A stretch of 64,000 nt of DNA from Octopus sinensis (GCF_006345805.1 NW_021832971.1:20503-84502); one strand, 5' to 3'; shown: positions 1 through 61,430, counted from the first letter of the stretch. Translations and numbers: made by a program. Notes: generated by a model from the letters alone, not told the origin.

Positions 1-47924
<47,924 letters not shown>

Positions 47925-47962
47925 CTACAAAAAGATATAAAGGAAACATATAATCAAATACA

Positions 47963-48355
47963 GACGCAGGAGTAGCTGTGTGGTAAGAAGCTCGCTTCCC
48001 AACCACATGGTTCCGAGTTCAATCCCACTGCGTGGCACCTTGGGCAAGTGTCTTCTACTATAGCCTCGGGCCGATTAAAGCCTTGTGAGCGGATTTGGTA
48101 GACGGAAACTGAAAGAAGCCCATCGTATATATATATATGTATGTGTGTGTGTACGTTTGGTGTTTGTGAGTGTGTGTCGCCCCACCATCCCTCGACACCG
48201 ATGTTGGTGTGTTTACGTCTCCATAACGTAGCTGTTTAGCTACAGACACCAATACAATAAGTACCAGGCTTACAAAGAATAAATCTTAGGGTCGATTTGT
48301 TCTACTAAATGAGATGCTCCAGCATGGCTGTAGACAAATGACTGAAAAAAGTAAA
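47963..48355 (+). mobile_element. SINE (second tRNA-derived family)
   Basis: ggagtagctgtgtggtaagaag..ggttccgagttcaatcccactgcgtggcaccttgggcaagtgtcttctac head, internal CA/TA repeat and aagtaccagg..gggtcgatt tail. Confidence 0.75.
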
Positions 48356-48624
48356 AGAATAAGTTTGTTTATCATTTAGTCAGTAAAGGACGTCTTTAGC
48401 TTCGTGTGTCTGGCGGTTGGCCTAACTTCTGGAAAATGTGGCCGTGAAGGAAAACTAGGGCGTGATCCAGTTGAACATCGTGGTAGGTCTACCTTTCAAG
48501 CGAAAGGCACTAAAAGACTAAGTAACGTTAAATCGGGTGGCAAAGCCAACTTGGCATTGAAATATTGTTATTGTTGAGATTCCAGTTCAATCTGATCCTG
48601 TACAAACTGGATATCTGTTGGAGG

Positions 48625-51600
48625 GGGGACGAAGAAGGCAGGATCTGTGGTGGGGAGGAAGAAGGCAGGATCTGAGGTGGGGAGGAAGAAGGCAGGATCT
48701 GTGGTGGGGAGGAAGAAGGCAGGATTTGTGGTGGGGAGGAAGAAGGCAGGAACTGTGGTGGGGAGGAAGAAGGCAGGATCTGTGGTGGGGAGGAAGAAGG
48801 CAGGATCTGTGGTGGGGAGGAGAAGAAGGCAGGATCTGTGGTGGGGAGGAGAAGAAGGCAGGATCTATGGTGGGGAAGAAGAAGGCAGGATCTGTGGTGG
48901 GGAGGAAGAAGGCAAGATCTGTGGTGGGGAGGAAGAAGGCAGGATCTGTGGTGGGGAGGAATAAGGCAGGATCTGTGGTGGGGAGGAAGAAGGCAGGATC
49001 TGTGGTGGGGAGGAGAGAAGGCAGGATCTGTGGTGGGGAGGAAGAAGGCAGGATCTGTGGTGGGGAGGAAGAAGGCAGGATCTGTGTTGGGGAGGAAGAA
49101 GGCAGGATCTGTGGTGGGGAGGAAGAAGCAGGATCTGTGGTGGGGAGGAAGAGAAGGCAGGATCTGTGGTGGGGCGGAAGAAGGCAAGATCTGTGGTGGG
49201 GAGGAAGAAGGCAGATCTGTGGTGGGGAGGAAGAGAAGGCAGGATCTGTGGGGGGAGAAGAAGGCAGGATCTGTGGTGGGGAGGAAGAAGGCAGGATCTG
49301 TGGTGGGGAGGAAGAAGGCAGGATCTGTGGTGGGGAGGAAGAAGGCAGGATCTGTGGTGGGGAGGAAGAAGGCAGGATCTGTGGTGGGGAGGAAGAAGGC
49401 AGGATCTGTGGTGGGGAGGAAGAAGGCAGGATCTGTGGTGGGGAGGAAGAAGGCAGGATCTGTGGTGGGGAGGAAGAAGGCAGGATCTGTGGTGGGGAGG
49501 AGAAGGCAGGATCTGTGGTGGGGAGGAAGAAGGCAGGATCTGTGGTGGGGCGGAAGAAGGCAGGATCTGTGGTGGGGAGAGGAAGAAGGCAGGATCTGTG
49601 GTGGGGAGGAAGAAGGCAGGATCTGTGGTGGGGAGCAAGAAGGCAGGATCTGTGGTGGGGAGGAAGAAGGCAGGATCTGTGGTGGGGAGGAAGAAGGCAG
49701 GATCTGTGGGGGGAGGAAGGAAGAAGGCAGGATCTGTGGTGGGGAACAAGAAGGCAGGATCTGTGGTGGGGAGGAAGAAGGCAGGATCTGTGGTGGGGGA
49801 GAAGGAAGGCAGGATCTGTGGTGGGGAGGAAGGAAGGAGAAGCAGGATCTGTGGTGGGGAGGAAGAAGGCAGGATCTGTGGTGGGGAGGAAGAAGGCAAG
49901 ATCTGTGGTGGGGAGGAAGAAGGCAGGATCTGTGGTGGGGAGGAAAGAAGGGTAGGTTAGGATCTGTGGTGGGGGGAGGAATAAGGCAGGATCTGTAGTG
50001 GGGGGAGGAATAAGGCAGGATCTGTGGTGGGGAGGAAGAAGGCAGGATCTGTGGTGGGGAGGAAGAAGGCAGGATCTGTGGTGGGGGGAGGAAGAAGGCA
50101 GGATCTGTGGTGGGGAGAGAAGAAGGCAGGATCTGTGGTGGGGAGGAAGAAAAGGCAGGATCTGTGGGGGGAGGAAGAAGGCAGGATCTGTGGTGGGGGG
50201 AGGAAGAAGGCAGGATCTGTGGTGGGGAGGAAGAAGGCAAGATCTGTGGTGGGGAGGAAGAAGGCAGGATCTGTGGTGGGGAGGAAGAAGGCAGGATCTG
50301 TGGTGGGGAGGAAGAAGGCAGGATCTGTGGTGGGGAGGAAGAAGGCAAGATCTGTGGTGGGGAGGAAGAAGGCAGGATCTGTGGTGGGGAGGAAGAAGGC
50401 AGGATCTGTGGTGGGGAGTAAGAAGGCAGGATCTGTGGTGGGGAAGAAGAAGGCAGGATCTGTGGTGGGGAGGAAGAAGGCAGGATCTGTGGTGGGGAGC
50501 AAGAAGGCAGGATCTGTGGTGGGGAGGAAGAAGGCAAGATATGTGGTGGGGACGAAGAAGGCAAGATCTGTGGTGGGGAGGAAGAAGGCCGGATCTGTGG
50601 TGGGGAGCAAGAAGGCAGGATCTGTGGTGGGGAGTAAGAAGGCAGGATCTGTGGTGGTGAGTAAGAAGGCAGGATCTGTGGTGGGGAGGAAGAAGGCAGG
50701 ATCTGTGGTGGGGAGCAAGAAGGCAGGATCTGTGGTGGGGAGGAATAAGGCAGGATCTGTGGTGGGGAGGAAGAAGAAGGCAGGATCTGTGGTGGGGAGG
50801 AAGAAGGCAGGATCTGTGGTGGGGGAGGAAGAAGGCAGGATCTGTGTGGGGAGGAAGAAGAAGGCAGGATCTGTGGTGGGAAGGAAGAAGGCAGGATCTG
50901 TGGTGGGGAGAAGAAGGCAGGATCTGTGGTGGGGAGGGAGGAAGAAGGCAGGATCTGTGGTGGGGAGGAAGAAGGCAGGATCTGTGGTGGGGAGGAAGAA
51001 GGCAAGATCTGTGGTGGGGGAGGAAGAAGGCAGGATCTGTGGTGCGGAGGAAGAAGGTAGGATCTGTAGTGGGGAGGAATAAGGCAGGATCTGTAGTGGG
51101 GAGGAAGAAGGCAGGATCTGTGGTGGGGAGGAAGAAGGCAGGATCTGTGGTGGGGAGGAAGAAGGCAGGATCTGTGGTGGGGAGGAATAAGGCAGGATCT
51201 GTGGTGGGGAGGAAGAAGGCAGGATCTGTGGTGGGGAGGAAGAAGGCAGGATCTGTGGTGGGGAGGAAGAAGGCAGGATCTGTGGTGGGGAGGAAGAAGG
51301 CAGGATCTGTGGTGGGGAGGAAGAAGGCAAGATCTGTGTGGTGGGGAGGAAGAAGGCAAGATCTGTGGTGTGGAGGAAGAAGGCAGGATCTGTGGTGGGG
51401 AGGAAGAAGGCAGGATCTGTGGTGGGGAGGAAGAAGGCAGGATCTGTGGTGGGGAGGAAGAAGGCAAGATCTGTGGTGGGGAGGAAGAAGGCAGGATCTG
51501 TGGTGGGGAGGAAGAAGGCAGGATCTGTGGTGGGGAGTAAGAAGGCAGGATCTGTGGTGGGGAGGAAGAAGGCAGGATCTGTGGTGGGGAGGAAGAAGGC

Positions 51601-52097
51601 AGGATCTGTGGTGGGGAGGAAGAAGGCAGGATCTGTGGTGGGGAGGAAGAAGGCAAGATCTGTGGTGGGGACGAAGAAGGCAAGATCTGTGGTGGGGAGG
51701 AAGAAGGCCGGATCTGTGGTGGGGAGGAAGAAGGCAGGATCTGTGGTGGGGAGTAAGAAGGCAGGATCTGTGGTGGTGAGTAAGAAGGCAGGATCTGTGG
51801 TGGGGAGGAAGAAGGCAGGATCTGTAGTGGGGAGCAAGAAGGCAGGATCTGTGGTGGGGAGGAAGAAGGCAAGAGCTGTGGTGGGGACGAAGAAGGCAAG
51901 ATCTGTGGTGGGGAGGAAGAAGGCAGGATCTGTGGTGGGGAGGAAGAAGGCAGGATCTGTGGTGGGGAGGAAGAAGGCAGGATCTGTGGTGGGGAGGAAG
52001 AAGGCAAGATCTGTGGTGGGGAGGAAGAAGGCAGGATCTGTGGTGGGGAGCAAGAAGGCAGGATCTGTGGTGGGGAGGAAGAAGGCAGGATCTGTGT
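48625..52097. repeat. 27-bp purine/G-rich minisatellite, ~128 units
   Basis: Unit gaagaaggcaggatctgtggtggggag with frequent indels; copy number from span/27. Confidence 0.95.
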
Positions 52098-52216
52098 GAG
52101 TGCGCGCCGACGTGTCAGTTATTCAACCAGAATTGCTTTTCTCATGCATTCAGTGTCACTTCGATTATGATCTTCGAGTGACCTGCATCGTTTCGAACTT
52201 TTGGGCCGAATATGCA

Positions 52217-54184
52217 CGTATGTATGTATGTATGTATGTATTATGTATGCATGTATGTATGTATTGTAATTATGTATGTATGTATGTATGTATGTATGTA
52301 TGTACGTATGTATGTATGTACGTATGTATGTATGTATGTATGTATGTACGTATGTATGTATGTATTGTATGTATGTATGTATGTATGTACGTATGTATGT
52401 ATGTACGTATGTATGTATGTATGTATGTATGTATGTACGTATGTATGTATGTAGTATGTATGTATGTATGTATATATATATATGTACGTATGTATGTACG
52501 TATGTATGTATGTTTGTATGTATGTACGTATGTATGTACGTATGTATGTATGTACGTATGTATGTGTGTATGTATGTGTGTATGTATGTATGTATGTATG
52601 TATGTGTGTATGTATGTATGTATGTATGTATGTATGTATGTTTGTATGTATGTATGTATGTATGTATGTATGTGTGTATGTATGTGTGTATGTATGTATG
52701 TATGTATGTACGTATGTATGTATGTATGTATGTATGTATGTATGTATGTATGTATGTATGTATGTGTGTATGTATGTGTGTATGTATGTTTGTATGTATG
52801 TACGTATGTATGTACGTATGTATGTATGTACGTATGTATGTGTGTATGTATGTGTGTATGTATGTATGTATTTATGTATGTATGTATGTATGTACGTATG
52901 TATGTATGTATGTATGTATGTATGTATGTATGTATGTACGTACGTATGTATGTATGTATGTATGTATGTACGTATGTATGTATGTATGTACGTATGTATG
53001 TATGTATGTATGTATGTATGTATGTACGTATGTATGTATGTATGTATGTATGTATGTATGTACGTATGTATGTACGTATGGATGTATGTATGTATGTATG
53101 TATGTATGTACGTATGTATGTACGTATGTATGTACGTATGTATGTATGTACGTATGTATGTATGTATGTATGTATGTATATATGTACGTATGTATGTATG
53201 TATGTATGTATGTACGTATGTATGTATGTATGTATATATGTACGTATGTACGTATGTATGTATGTACGTATGTATGTATGTATGTATGTATGTACGTATG
53301 TATGTACGTATGTATGTATGTACGTATGTATGTATGTATGTATGTATGTATGTATATATGTACGTATGTATGTATGTATGTATGTATGTATGTATGTATG
53401 TACGTATGTATGTACGTATGTATGTACGTATGCATGTATGTATGTATGTATGTACGTATGTATGTATGTATGTATGTATGTATGTGTGTGTATGTATGTA
53501 TGTATGTATGTATGTATGTATGTATGTATGCATGTATGTATGTATTGTAATTATGTATGTATGTATGTATGTATGTATGTATGTATGTATGTACGTATGT
53601 ATGTATGTACGTATGTATGTATGTATGTATGTGTGTATGTACGTATGTATGTATGTATTGTATGTATGTATGTATGTATGTATGTACGTATGTATGTATG
53701 TATGTATGTATGTATGTATGTATGTATGTATGTATGTATGTATGTACGTATGTATGTATGTATGTATGTATGTATGTGTATGTATGTATGTATGTATGTA
53801 TGTGTATGTATGTATGTATGTATGTATGTATGTATGTGTATGTATGTATGTATGTATGTATGTATGTATGTATGTATGTATGTATGTGTATGTATGTACG
53901 TATGTATGTATGTATGTATGTATGTATGTATGTATGAATGTATGTACGTTTGTATGTATGTATGTATGTATGTTTGTACGTATGTATGTATGTATGTATG
54001 TATGTATGTACGTATGTATGTATGTATGTATGTACGTATGTATGTATGTATGTATGTATGTACGTATGTATGTATGTATGTATGTATGTATGTACGTACG
54101 TATGTATGTATGTACGTATGTATGTACGTATGTTTGTATGTATGTATGTACGTATGTATGTATGTATGTATGTATGTATGTACA
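52217..54184. repeat. ~2-kb (TATG)n/(TACG) compound microsatellite
   Basis: Directly visible. Confidence 0.95.
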
Positions 54185-54234
54185 TGAGCGTACACGCCCA
54201 TGTGTGTGCGTACGTGCGAGGGTGTTGTGCCTGT

Positions 54235-54270
<36 letters not shown>

Positions 54271-54339
54271 GTGAATGTGTTTGTGCGGAGAGGAGTCATT
54301 GTTTCTTGTATGGTGATCGTCGTTTCAATGAATATTTTA

Positions 54340-54540
54340 CTTGTTCTGAGGGCGACTATCCGCCAGAGTTGTTTGCTCGTCGAGTAGAATGCTTAACGGT
54401 ATTTCGCCCATCTTTACGTTCTGAGTTCAAATTTCGCCGAGGTCGATCTTAACTTTGATCCTTTCGGGGTTGATAAAATAAGTACCAGCTGAACCTTAAC
54501 CCTCACCCGAAATTGCTGGCCTTGTGCCAAAATATGAACT
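54340..54540 (+). mobile_element. SINE copy
   Basis: Same core as 35615-35990. Confidence 0.7.
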
Positions 54541-55161
54541 CAATCTGTTTTCATGTGTCGAATTATTTAAGTTGTCTTTTGTCCTAAAATATTTGTCTTT
54601 TGTCCTAAAATATTTGTCTTTTGTCCTAAAATTTTTATACCTTTTATCACTGAGGCGTTAGTATCTCTTTTCATAAACCAATCCAGTAATTGTTTAGTTT
54701 CACTGTCGATTACATTATTAGGTACTACTTTGATGAAGTTTTACTACCTGCTTACTAGCACTTGTCTTCTTTCTGCAGGCACGTGGCCTGGTGCTTAGGA
54801 TGTTGCACTCACGATCTGACGATTGCGGGTTCGAATCCAGGAACGAGTAGTATAACCCCAAAACGCTTCAGTTCACATTACTACAGTGCTTTGTGGTGGG
54901 GGGGGGGCAGCGTGTCAAAGAACAGATCCAACGTTTCCTCTGAATGTTGCAAAAGGTGACTAAAAGAGGTTGAGAGAGGATTTGCACTCAGGCCTCGAAA
55001 AACCCTCACCAGCAACGGCTACCCACAAAACAGACCCATCGGTTGGAGGGTTGTCGCCCGAGTGATGCAAAGGTGTCATCTGTCAGGAGTAGTGAGGAAT
55101 CACCCCCTCCCCCCCAAAAAAGGGTGGATGCGGCGACGCGCTGTTACAGTTCATATCCCCA

Positions 55162-55196
<35 letters not shown>

Positions 55197-55198
55197 AC

Positions 55199-55228
55199 CT
55201 TCTCCTTCGTACTCTTCATTCTGTTTCC
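55199..55228 (-). CDS. Candidate upstream/start exon (MKSTKEK)
   Basis: Perfect donor aag|gtaagt, and ATG at 55219 gives the phase-0 exit needed by exon 47924. However, it abuts an (AGT)n tract, so the donor could be chance. Confidence 0.3.
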
Positions 55229-55729
55229 CTAAAATTGTCCTCTTCCCCATATTACCACCGCTGGTCGCTGTTCTTCTCATCATGTGCCGCCGGTGGTGAT
55301 GTCCTCTATCATACAAACTGATGTCGCTAAATTTTCATTTTCTTTTTTACCGTTGATCAATTTGTTTATTTGATGCTGGGCTTCGTTGTGGTTTCCTTGC
55401 GATTTTCGCTGATCTTACGCCATCGAATGTTTCCAACTCAACCCAGTTTTTTTTTGTTTTTCGGAGTAAAATGAAACGGCTATTGAGTTTTTGTTTTTAT
55501 GAATACACAAACACATACACATAGAAATATACAGATACATAAACACATACATGGATAAGACACAGATTCATACATCAAATAACATTCAGACGAACAGACA
55601 CACAAGCATACTGATACATACGTGCATATTTATATATTATACAAACATGTATGCAAACATACGCACGCGCGCACACACGCACACACACACACACACACAC
55701 ACTCCTACACACATACGCACACATACATA

Positions 55730-56230
55730 CATGTCTTGAGGCACGATATAGCTGCAAAGACTATTCGAGATATTATCCACGGGAAGGATGACTCTGGCAT
55801 ATTCATCAAACGCCTGTCAAAAACAAACAGGTATCCACGCCTATAAAAATAATACTGGTGGAACGTCCCAAATCAATTCGATGAAAACATAACACACTTG
55901 ATATTGTTCTGTGGGACAGGGAACAACAGTTATGCACTGTTGCAGAGGTCAGCTGCCCAGCGGTTGTCAACGTACAATCAAAAGTCCGGGAAAAAGAAAA
56001 CATTTATGGCGAATCAATGCGGGACTTACAGCTCTTGTAGCCTAACTATGAATTCTCATGTGTACCTATCATCATAGGTGCATTAGATTATGTACCCACA
56101 AATTGGCACAAAACATAGGGACACTCGTTTCATGGAAAAAGAGCAAAACAAACTGATGCGGGTTCTCCAAATCCAATCTATTAGTGACACAGTGGAGATC
56201 TGTACGACATTCCAGAAATTCCCCATGTGA
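55730..56230 (+). mobile_element. RLE endonuclease 3' fragment of a second R4/NeSL-type family
   Basis: Reads DIVLWDREQQLCTVAEVSCPA.VNVQSKVREKENIYGE...VPIIIGALDYVPT...LQIQSI. Confidence 0.7.
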
Positions 56231-56419
56231 GATTCTTATGTGAACAGATGCACACACTTAGGTGTATGCATGGACAGTTCAAACAACACACTGACACAAA
56301 CACATATTTTCAAACACCGAGAAATTTTTTTAACTCAAAAAGTATTGTCGCTTCGTTAGATGCCAGCTTGAACTTTCTTAATAACTTCCATAAAACTCAA
56401 AGGAAAAAGCATACATACA

Positions 56420-56491
<72 letters not shown>

Positions 56492-56807
56492 GTGATGCAA
56501 ACAGAATAGAACTCAAAGTATGAGTACACGTATACTTTTATGAATATTTAACAGGAAAACCCTCAGAAAGTTGAACAGAAGATTTCTTTAGCTTTTATGC
56601 AAATCGAAAAGAGGAAGGGAAGAGATGAGAAGACAGAAAAGAGTAAAGAAAAGAGAAGCTAGATCGAAGGATGGTCTATGACGAGGTTAAATGGCATTCC
56701 AAGACATCAATTTTGTTTTTTGAAGAAAGAGAAAGAAAAGAGAAGAGAAAAAGTGAAAGGGAAACAAAGACAGAGAGAAAGAGGTTTCTTTTCAATTATA
56801 TTGTATC

Positions 56808-56838
<31 letters not shown>

Positions 56839-56849
56839 GAAAGTTACAG

Positions 56850-57163
56850 AAAAACAGACGATGACAGGTGTATAAACAACAAGTAAGTGTATTAGTTTGA
56901 CGCTTGGGAAGGTGAGAAAGTCTTTTACGTTTCGAGCCTACGCTCATCAACAGAAAGGAACAGGATGAAATAAACAGAGAGAGAATTTTTTTAAATTGTG
57001 GAGTTGGCGATCAACGATTTAATATAGACAGCAGTGTGCAATGTTTTACCAAAATGGGAAACTTTGTCACTAAATGTGACCAGGGTGTTAGAACATATAC
57101 ATTGCTAGAAATAAGAGCTAAAAAGTTCTAATGCGGTTGTTAAAATTGTATACAATATGTGTG

Positions 57164-57233
<70 letters not shown>

Positions 57234-57392
57234 TCGTTAGCCACTACACACATTTTTTCTCTCCTTGTTTTTTCTGTGTCCCTTTCTGTAGAAGAGTGTA
57301 GGCTCGAAACGTAAAAGACTTTTTCTATTCCTGAGCGTTATACTAATACATCTGCTTGTTTTGTACACCACCTGTCTTCGTCTTTTGTTTTT
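56850..57392. repeat. Inverted pair of a short dispersed element flanking a (TA)n tract
   Basis: ~110-bp arms (56850-56960 / 57280-57392) share ggctcgaaacgtaaaagact. A third decayed copy lies at ~27915-28040. Confidence 0.7.
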
Positions 57393-57452
57393 TTCGTGAA
57401 TTCTCCCTACATATATATTATATTATATATATATATATATATATAATATATA

Positions 57453-57492
<40 letters not shown>

Positions 57493-57745
57493 GTTGTATG
57501 CTGTCAATCTAACACGAACGTGACAGTAGGGGGTACACCACCGCTGTTTAGCCCTAGGAAGCATCGACGCCTCCTGATGGCTTTGACACATTTTTCCTGT
57601 GTCCTTATATACATTTATTATACATGTATATAAGGACACAGGGAAAATGTGTCAAAGCCATCAGGAGGCGTCGATGCTTCCTAGGGCTAAACAGCGGTGA
57701 TGTACCCCCTACTGTCACGTTCGTGTTAGATTGACAGTATACAAC
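57493..57745. repeat. Near-perfect 253-bp palindrome
   Basis: 122-bp arms, 9-nt loop (ttattatac), 3 mismatches by manual comparison. Confidence 0.95.
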
Positions 57746-57846
57746 CATTCTATCGCTCCACCACCGTACATGTCTCTACGAGAGATTTAGAAATTTAGTA
57801 TTTCTGATATATATATATATATATATCTATATATATATATATATTA

Positions 57847-57879
<33 letters not shown>

Positions 57880-58387
57880 ATATTATATATATATATATAT
57901 ACAGAGAGAGAGAGTGGGGGAGAAATTTATTATAGTATAAAATACAATAATAATCAGAGGTATAGAAGAGACTCTGTCTATGTTGAAAGTAGACTCCAAA
58001 TCATGAAAGCACCTAAAAATCATCCCTTTTATACTACACAACGTGTTGAAATCGAGTGAGTTCGTTCGTTACATGTTAGAAGCTCTAATGTTGGAAAAAT
58101 ACTAAAAGAAGAATGAGTACAGTACTCTATAGTGGGAGAAAGATAGGCAGATAGGCGCTGGGTATTAGATGTATACTAATCAGCATAAGGAGGGGTACTC
58201 TTGTCTGGAGATATTAGGGGGTGTGAATGCAAACACAAATAGTTAAGGAATGAAGTAGATGTCAGACCTACAGACTGGGTGGCAGTAGGAGAGAGGGGTA
58301 ATGGAAGTAATAAAGCGGTTATAAAAAGATAATAGAAGTCCGATGTAGAAGGAGCTCTGGATTTATAGAAGGGAGTGGAGCCGGTTT

Positions 58388-58590
58388 GAAGGCGGCAAGT
58401 TGGCAGAATCGTTAGCACGCCGAGCAAAATGCTTAGCAGCATTTTCTCCGTTTTTACGTTCTGAGTTCAAATTCCACCGAGGTTGACTGTGTCTTTCATC
58501 CCTTTCATGGTCGATAAAATAAGTACCAGCTGGGGTTGATGTAATCGACTTATTCGCCTACCCCGAAAATGCTGGCCTGGTGCCAAACTT
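58388..58590 (+). mobile_element. SINE copy
   Basis: ggcggcaagttggcagaatcgttagcacgccg head plus the family core. Confidence 0.75.
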
Positions 58591-59539
58591 TGAAATCCCT
58601 ATTTTAACTGGTTTATATTCCGAGCAAATTTTTCTTGTGGTAGCTTGTTTTTAGTCTTACTAATGCTCCGTAGTAGAGTGTGGTATGAACATATATTTGT
58701 GACAATGTCCACAAATAACTACCAAGGTGTATTGATGTTCTTTGTGAAAGATAATTAGTGAGAGATCAATCAGCGAGTGAAAAATTGCAGTTGATTGCAT
58801 TCCAGTTAGCAGAGTATAGCTTTGTTAAGCTATTAGCAAACAAGTGGAGACGAGGATACATTTACCAAAGGTTTATTTCTTTAGGCACATCAGGGCTTAA
58901 GTCGTCAGTTATTTCTGTTTAGTTCTCTCAGATTCGTTCCACGCTCACTGTTGACATTCTTCCGTTTTCGTTCTCCTCCCGGAAGTCCTTCTTTTTTCCT
59001 GCTGACCAACTTCCTAGCCAGCCAGCAGCGAAGTATCTGTCTACAGTTCGTGTGTCGCGAATCCTGACCTACAGCAGTATGAAGATTAGGTCAAAAGTAA
59101 CTTTATTCTATTTATAAGAGACTGAAATCTGTTAAGATAAAGTACATTTCAAATTTAAGATAAAATAAGAATAAGATTATTTTTATCTTTATTAGAGCTC
59201 GTTTTTTTAGGTTATATTTATGCATATTGAAATCATTTTATTCTTACCTGACCTTAAATTTGAAATATATTCTTTCCTCGGGAGATTCAAGTCTCTTATA
59301 GATTGACTAAAACTGTAAATTCATATAACTAACCTGTCTTCTATGCATCTGCCTATTACTATAGCCATTTTTGGTCAGTAAGTTGGGTGTCCTTAATAAT
59401 ATATTTTTTGGTACTGCTGAGAACATATTTACCTGATTTGTTTTTATCGACGCCACTCCATGTTTAATTACAATAGAAAGTCCTACCACTTTAACTCTGT
59501 TGTATTTAGTTTTACTAAATATCATAACGATGTCTTCCG

Positions 59540-60590
59540 CTTATTTCTGGATTAGGCAGTGAAAGAACATCACAGATTTTGTGAAGAAAGCATACCTGAC
59601 ATCTTTAGGATGAAACTGGGTGACAAGACAAAGCCTGGGCAGCCCATATTGTGTGCAAAACCTGTGTTGAAACACTGAGGCAGTGACTGCTTCGAATGCT
59701 TAAGCAGAAAGTTTCCAGCTTTGTCTTGTGAGAAAATTAAGGCTGGTGTGTTTGATGGGCCACATATTAGGGGACTATCACAGGACGAGCTATTTTTGGA
59801 GACCATGTTTGGCATTGAAAAAGAAGCAGGGAATGCTTTTGTTGCAGTTGTACTTGATTTCCTGGGAAACAAGAATCCATCAAATTATGAAGATCTTGTG
59901 CAGACCCTGTTACCCAGTTTTTGAGCACTGGGCTGCAACCTGAGTGTAAATGTGCATTTCCTGCACAAGTCATCTGGACTACTTGCTTGAAAATCCTAAG
60001 GCAATAAGTGATGAGCAAGGAAAAAGATTCCACCAAGACATCGAGAACATGGGGACTAGGTATCAGGGCAGGTTCAACACCAACAGGGTGCTGTCTACTG
60101 CAGGTCATCGTAAAGAAGCTGTCATGATGCAATTTATTCCCATAAAGCTACAAAGAGAAAGTTCATTCCTTGAGAAGTTCAAACTCCAGTTTGACAGAAA
60201 TATTTATTCTAAGAGGTGTAATTAAACATTTTGTGTCTGTTGAACAATAAAAAGTAAAATTTGGTTTGTGTTAGTTTCTTATTTGCCTTACTCAAGGAAT
60301 GAACTTTTTCTTTGTTGCTTTAAGTGAATGAATTACGTCATGACAGCCTCTTTGCAGTGATCCGCAGGTTCAGCCCCAGGTTGGTGTTGAACAACCTTGA
60401 TACCTAGAATTGCATTTAATGGCAAAATTGATATATTTTGGCAAAAAAAATGAATTCTTGTTTGACAAAAAAAAATGGCGTGATAGAAATTTTCAGGGGG
60501 CATTTCTGAACCCAACACCATCAAATTAGGTAGGGCTAATTGCAAAAAACAAAACAACTAAAGAACTTTTTGTTGAAATGTTCCCCTGTG
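59540..60590 (+). mobile_element. Chapaev3-like (CMC) DNA transposon relic, right part
   Basis: Motifs KFPALSCEKIKAGVFDGPHIR, FLGNKNPSNYEDLV and SHLDY...AISDEQGKRFHQDI..M..RYQG; ends gttcccctGTG followed by TTA. The family assignment is from memory of these motifs. Confidence 0.6.
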
Positions 60591-60869
60591 TTATTTAATG
60601 TATGTTTGATTCGTTTTACGAACCCACGACATTTTGAGTTGCGTACTGTCGAATCAAAGTGTTTTAAATTATGTTATATGTGACGCCCAGCAAATGTCTT
60701 GAGTGCCCCTTTCTCGTTTACCCACTTTCTCGTATATACATACATACGTATATACATGTATATATATATATATATATGAGTGTATATATATATATAAACA
60801 CACATGCAAGCGTATGTACGTACGTATATAATCATACATACACACATACATACATTGCAATCCAAGAAT

Positions 60870-61430
60870 CGGAGATTGCTACAAATTACCTAATAAAGAA
60901 GAGACATCGAAATCATTGGAGCTCCAAGAAGCAACCGAAAACGACGATTGCGTCACATTTCTGTGAAAGCCATCAGCCACGTAATCAGCGTCCCACTGTG
61001 ACATGGTGCTTTTGCTAAAGCAATATACAATGACATCGGGAAACACGATTGTCACTGAGTAGAAACATTAACACAAGGATTATTTGTGGAGCATTCCAAT
61101 GAAAACTTCTGTCAAGGGCAAATAACAGACCGTGAAACGTTGTGGACGACAAGAGGATGGATGTACCATCAAAGAGATCAGCCGTTCTGCTGATGCGAAT
61201 ATCTCTTTGGAAAGCGAGAAGACAGAGGATAGGTGTACAGGTAACAATTTCGAAGCCTCCAGCTTCTATATGCAGATTATAAATTCATAATTATTCCAAT
61301 AATAACTGGCGCCCTTGGTTCTGTGAGTAAATACTTCAGTGATAATATGGAAGAGGTGAGCTTTTCAGAAAAAGCAGGTCAACCAGCTGACACGAATATC
61401 GCGAATCCAATCTACAAGACTTTACTCAAG
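60870..61430 (+). mobile_element. Decayed RLE fragment, same family as 55730-56230
   Basis: Reads WSIPMKTSVK ... LLYADYKFIIIPIITGALGSVS. Confidence 0.55.

Noticed and set aside
48528-52099. 700-1,160 aa ORFs (PQILPSSSP, LPTTDPAFF, GGEEEGRIC) as a second mucin exon
   Set aside because: The unit has no stop in any minus frame, so length is uninformative. Frames switch constantly, no donor closes it, and the TM topology would place it in the cytoplasm.
52100-54452. (YVCM)n / (HTYI)n ORFs, and similar (IYLS)n, poly-I and poly-N ORFs elsewhere
   Set aside because: They are translations of tetranucleotide and trinucleotide microsatellites.
54775-54845. tRNA-like sequence (gtggcctggtgcttagg...ggttcgaatcc)
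   Set aside because: It has A/B-box-like motifs but no complete cloverleaf; it is consistent with a SINE head rather than a tRNA gene.
59249-59520. Strong donors (cag|gtaaga, cag|gttagt) as upstream exons
   Set aside because: The first has a stop in the required phase-0 frame. The region translates as a decayed PLE-like RT tail (LLTKNGYS), so neither donor is supported as part of the gene.
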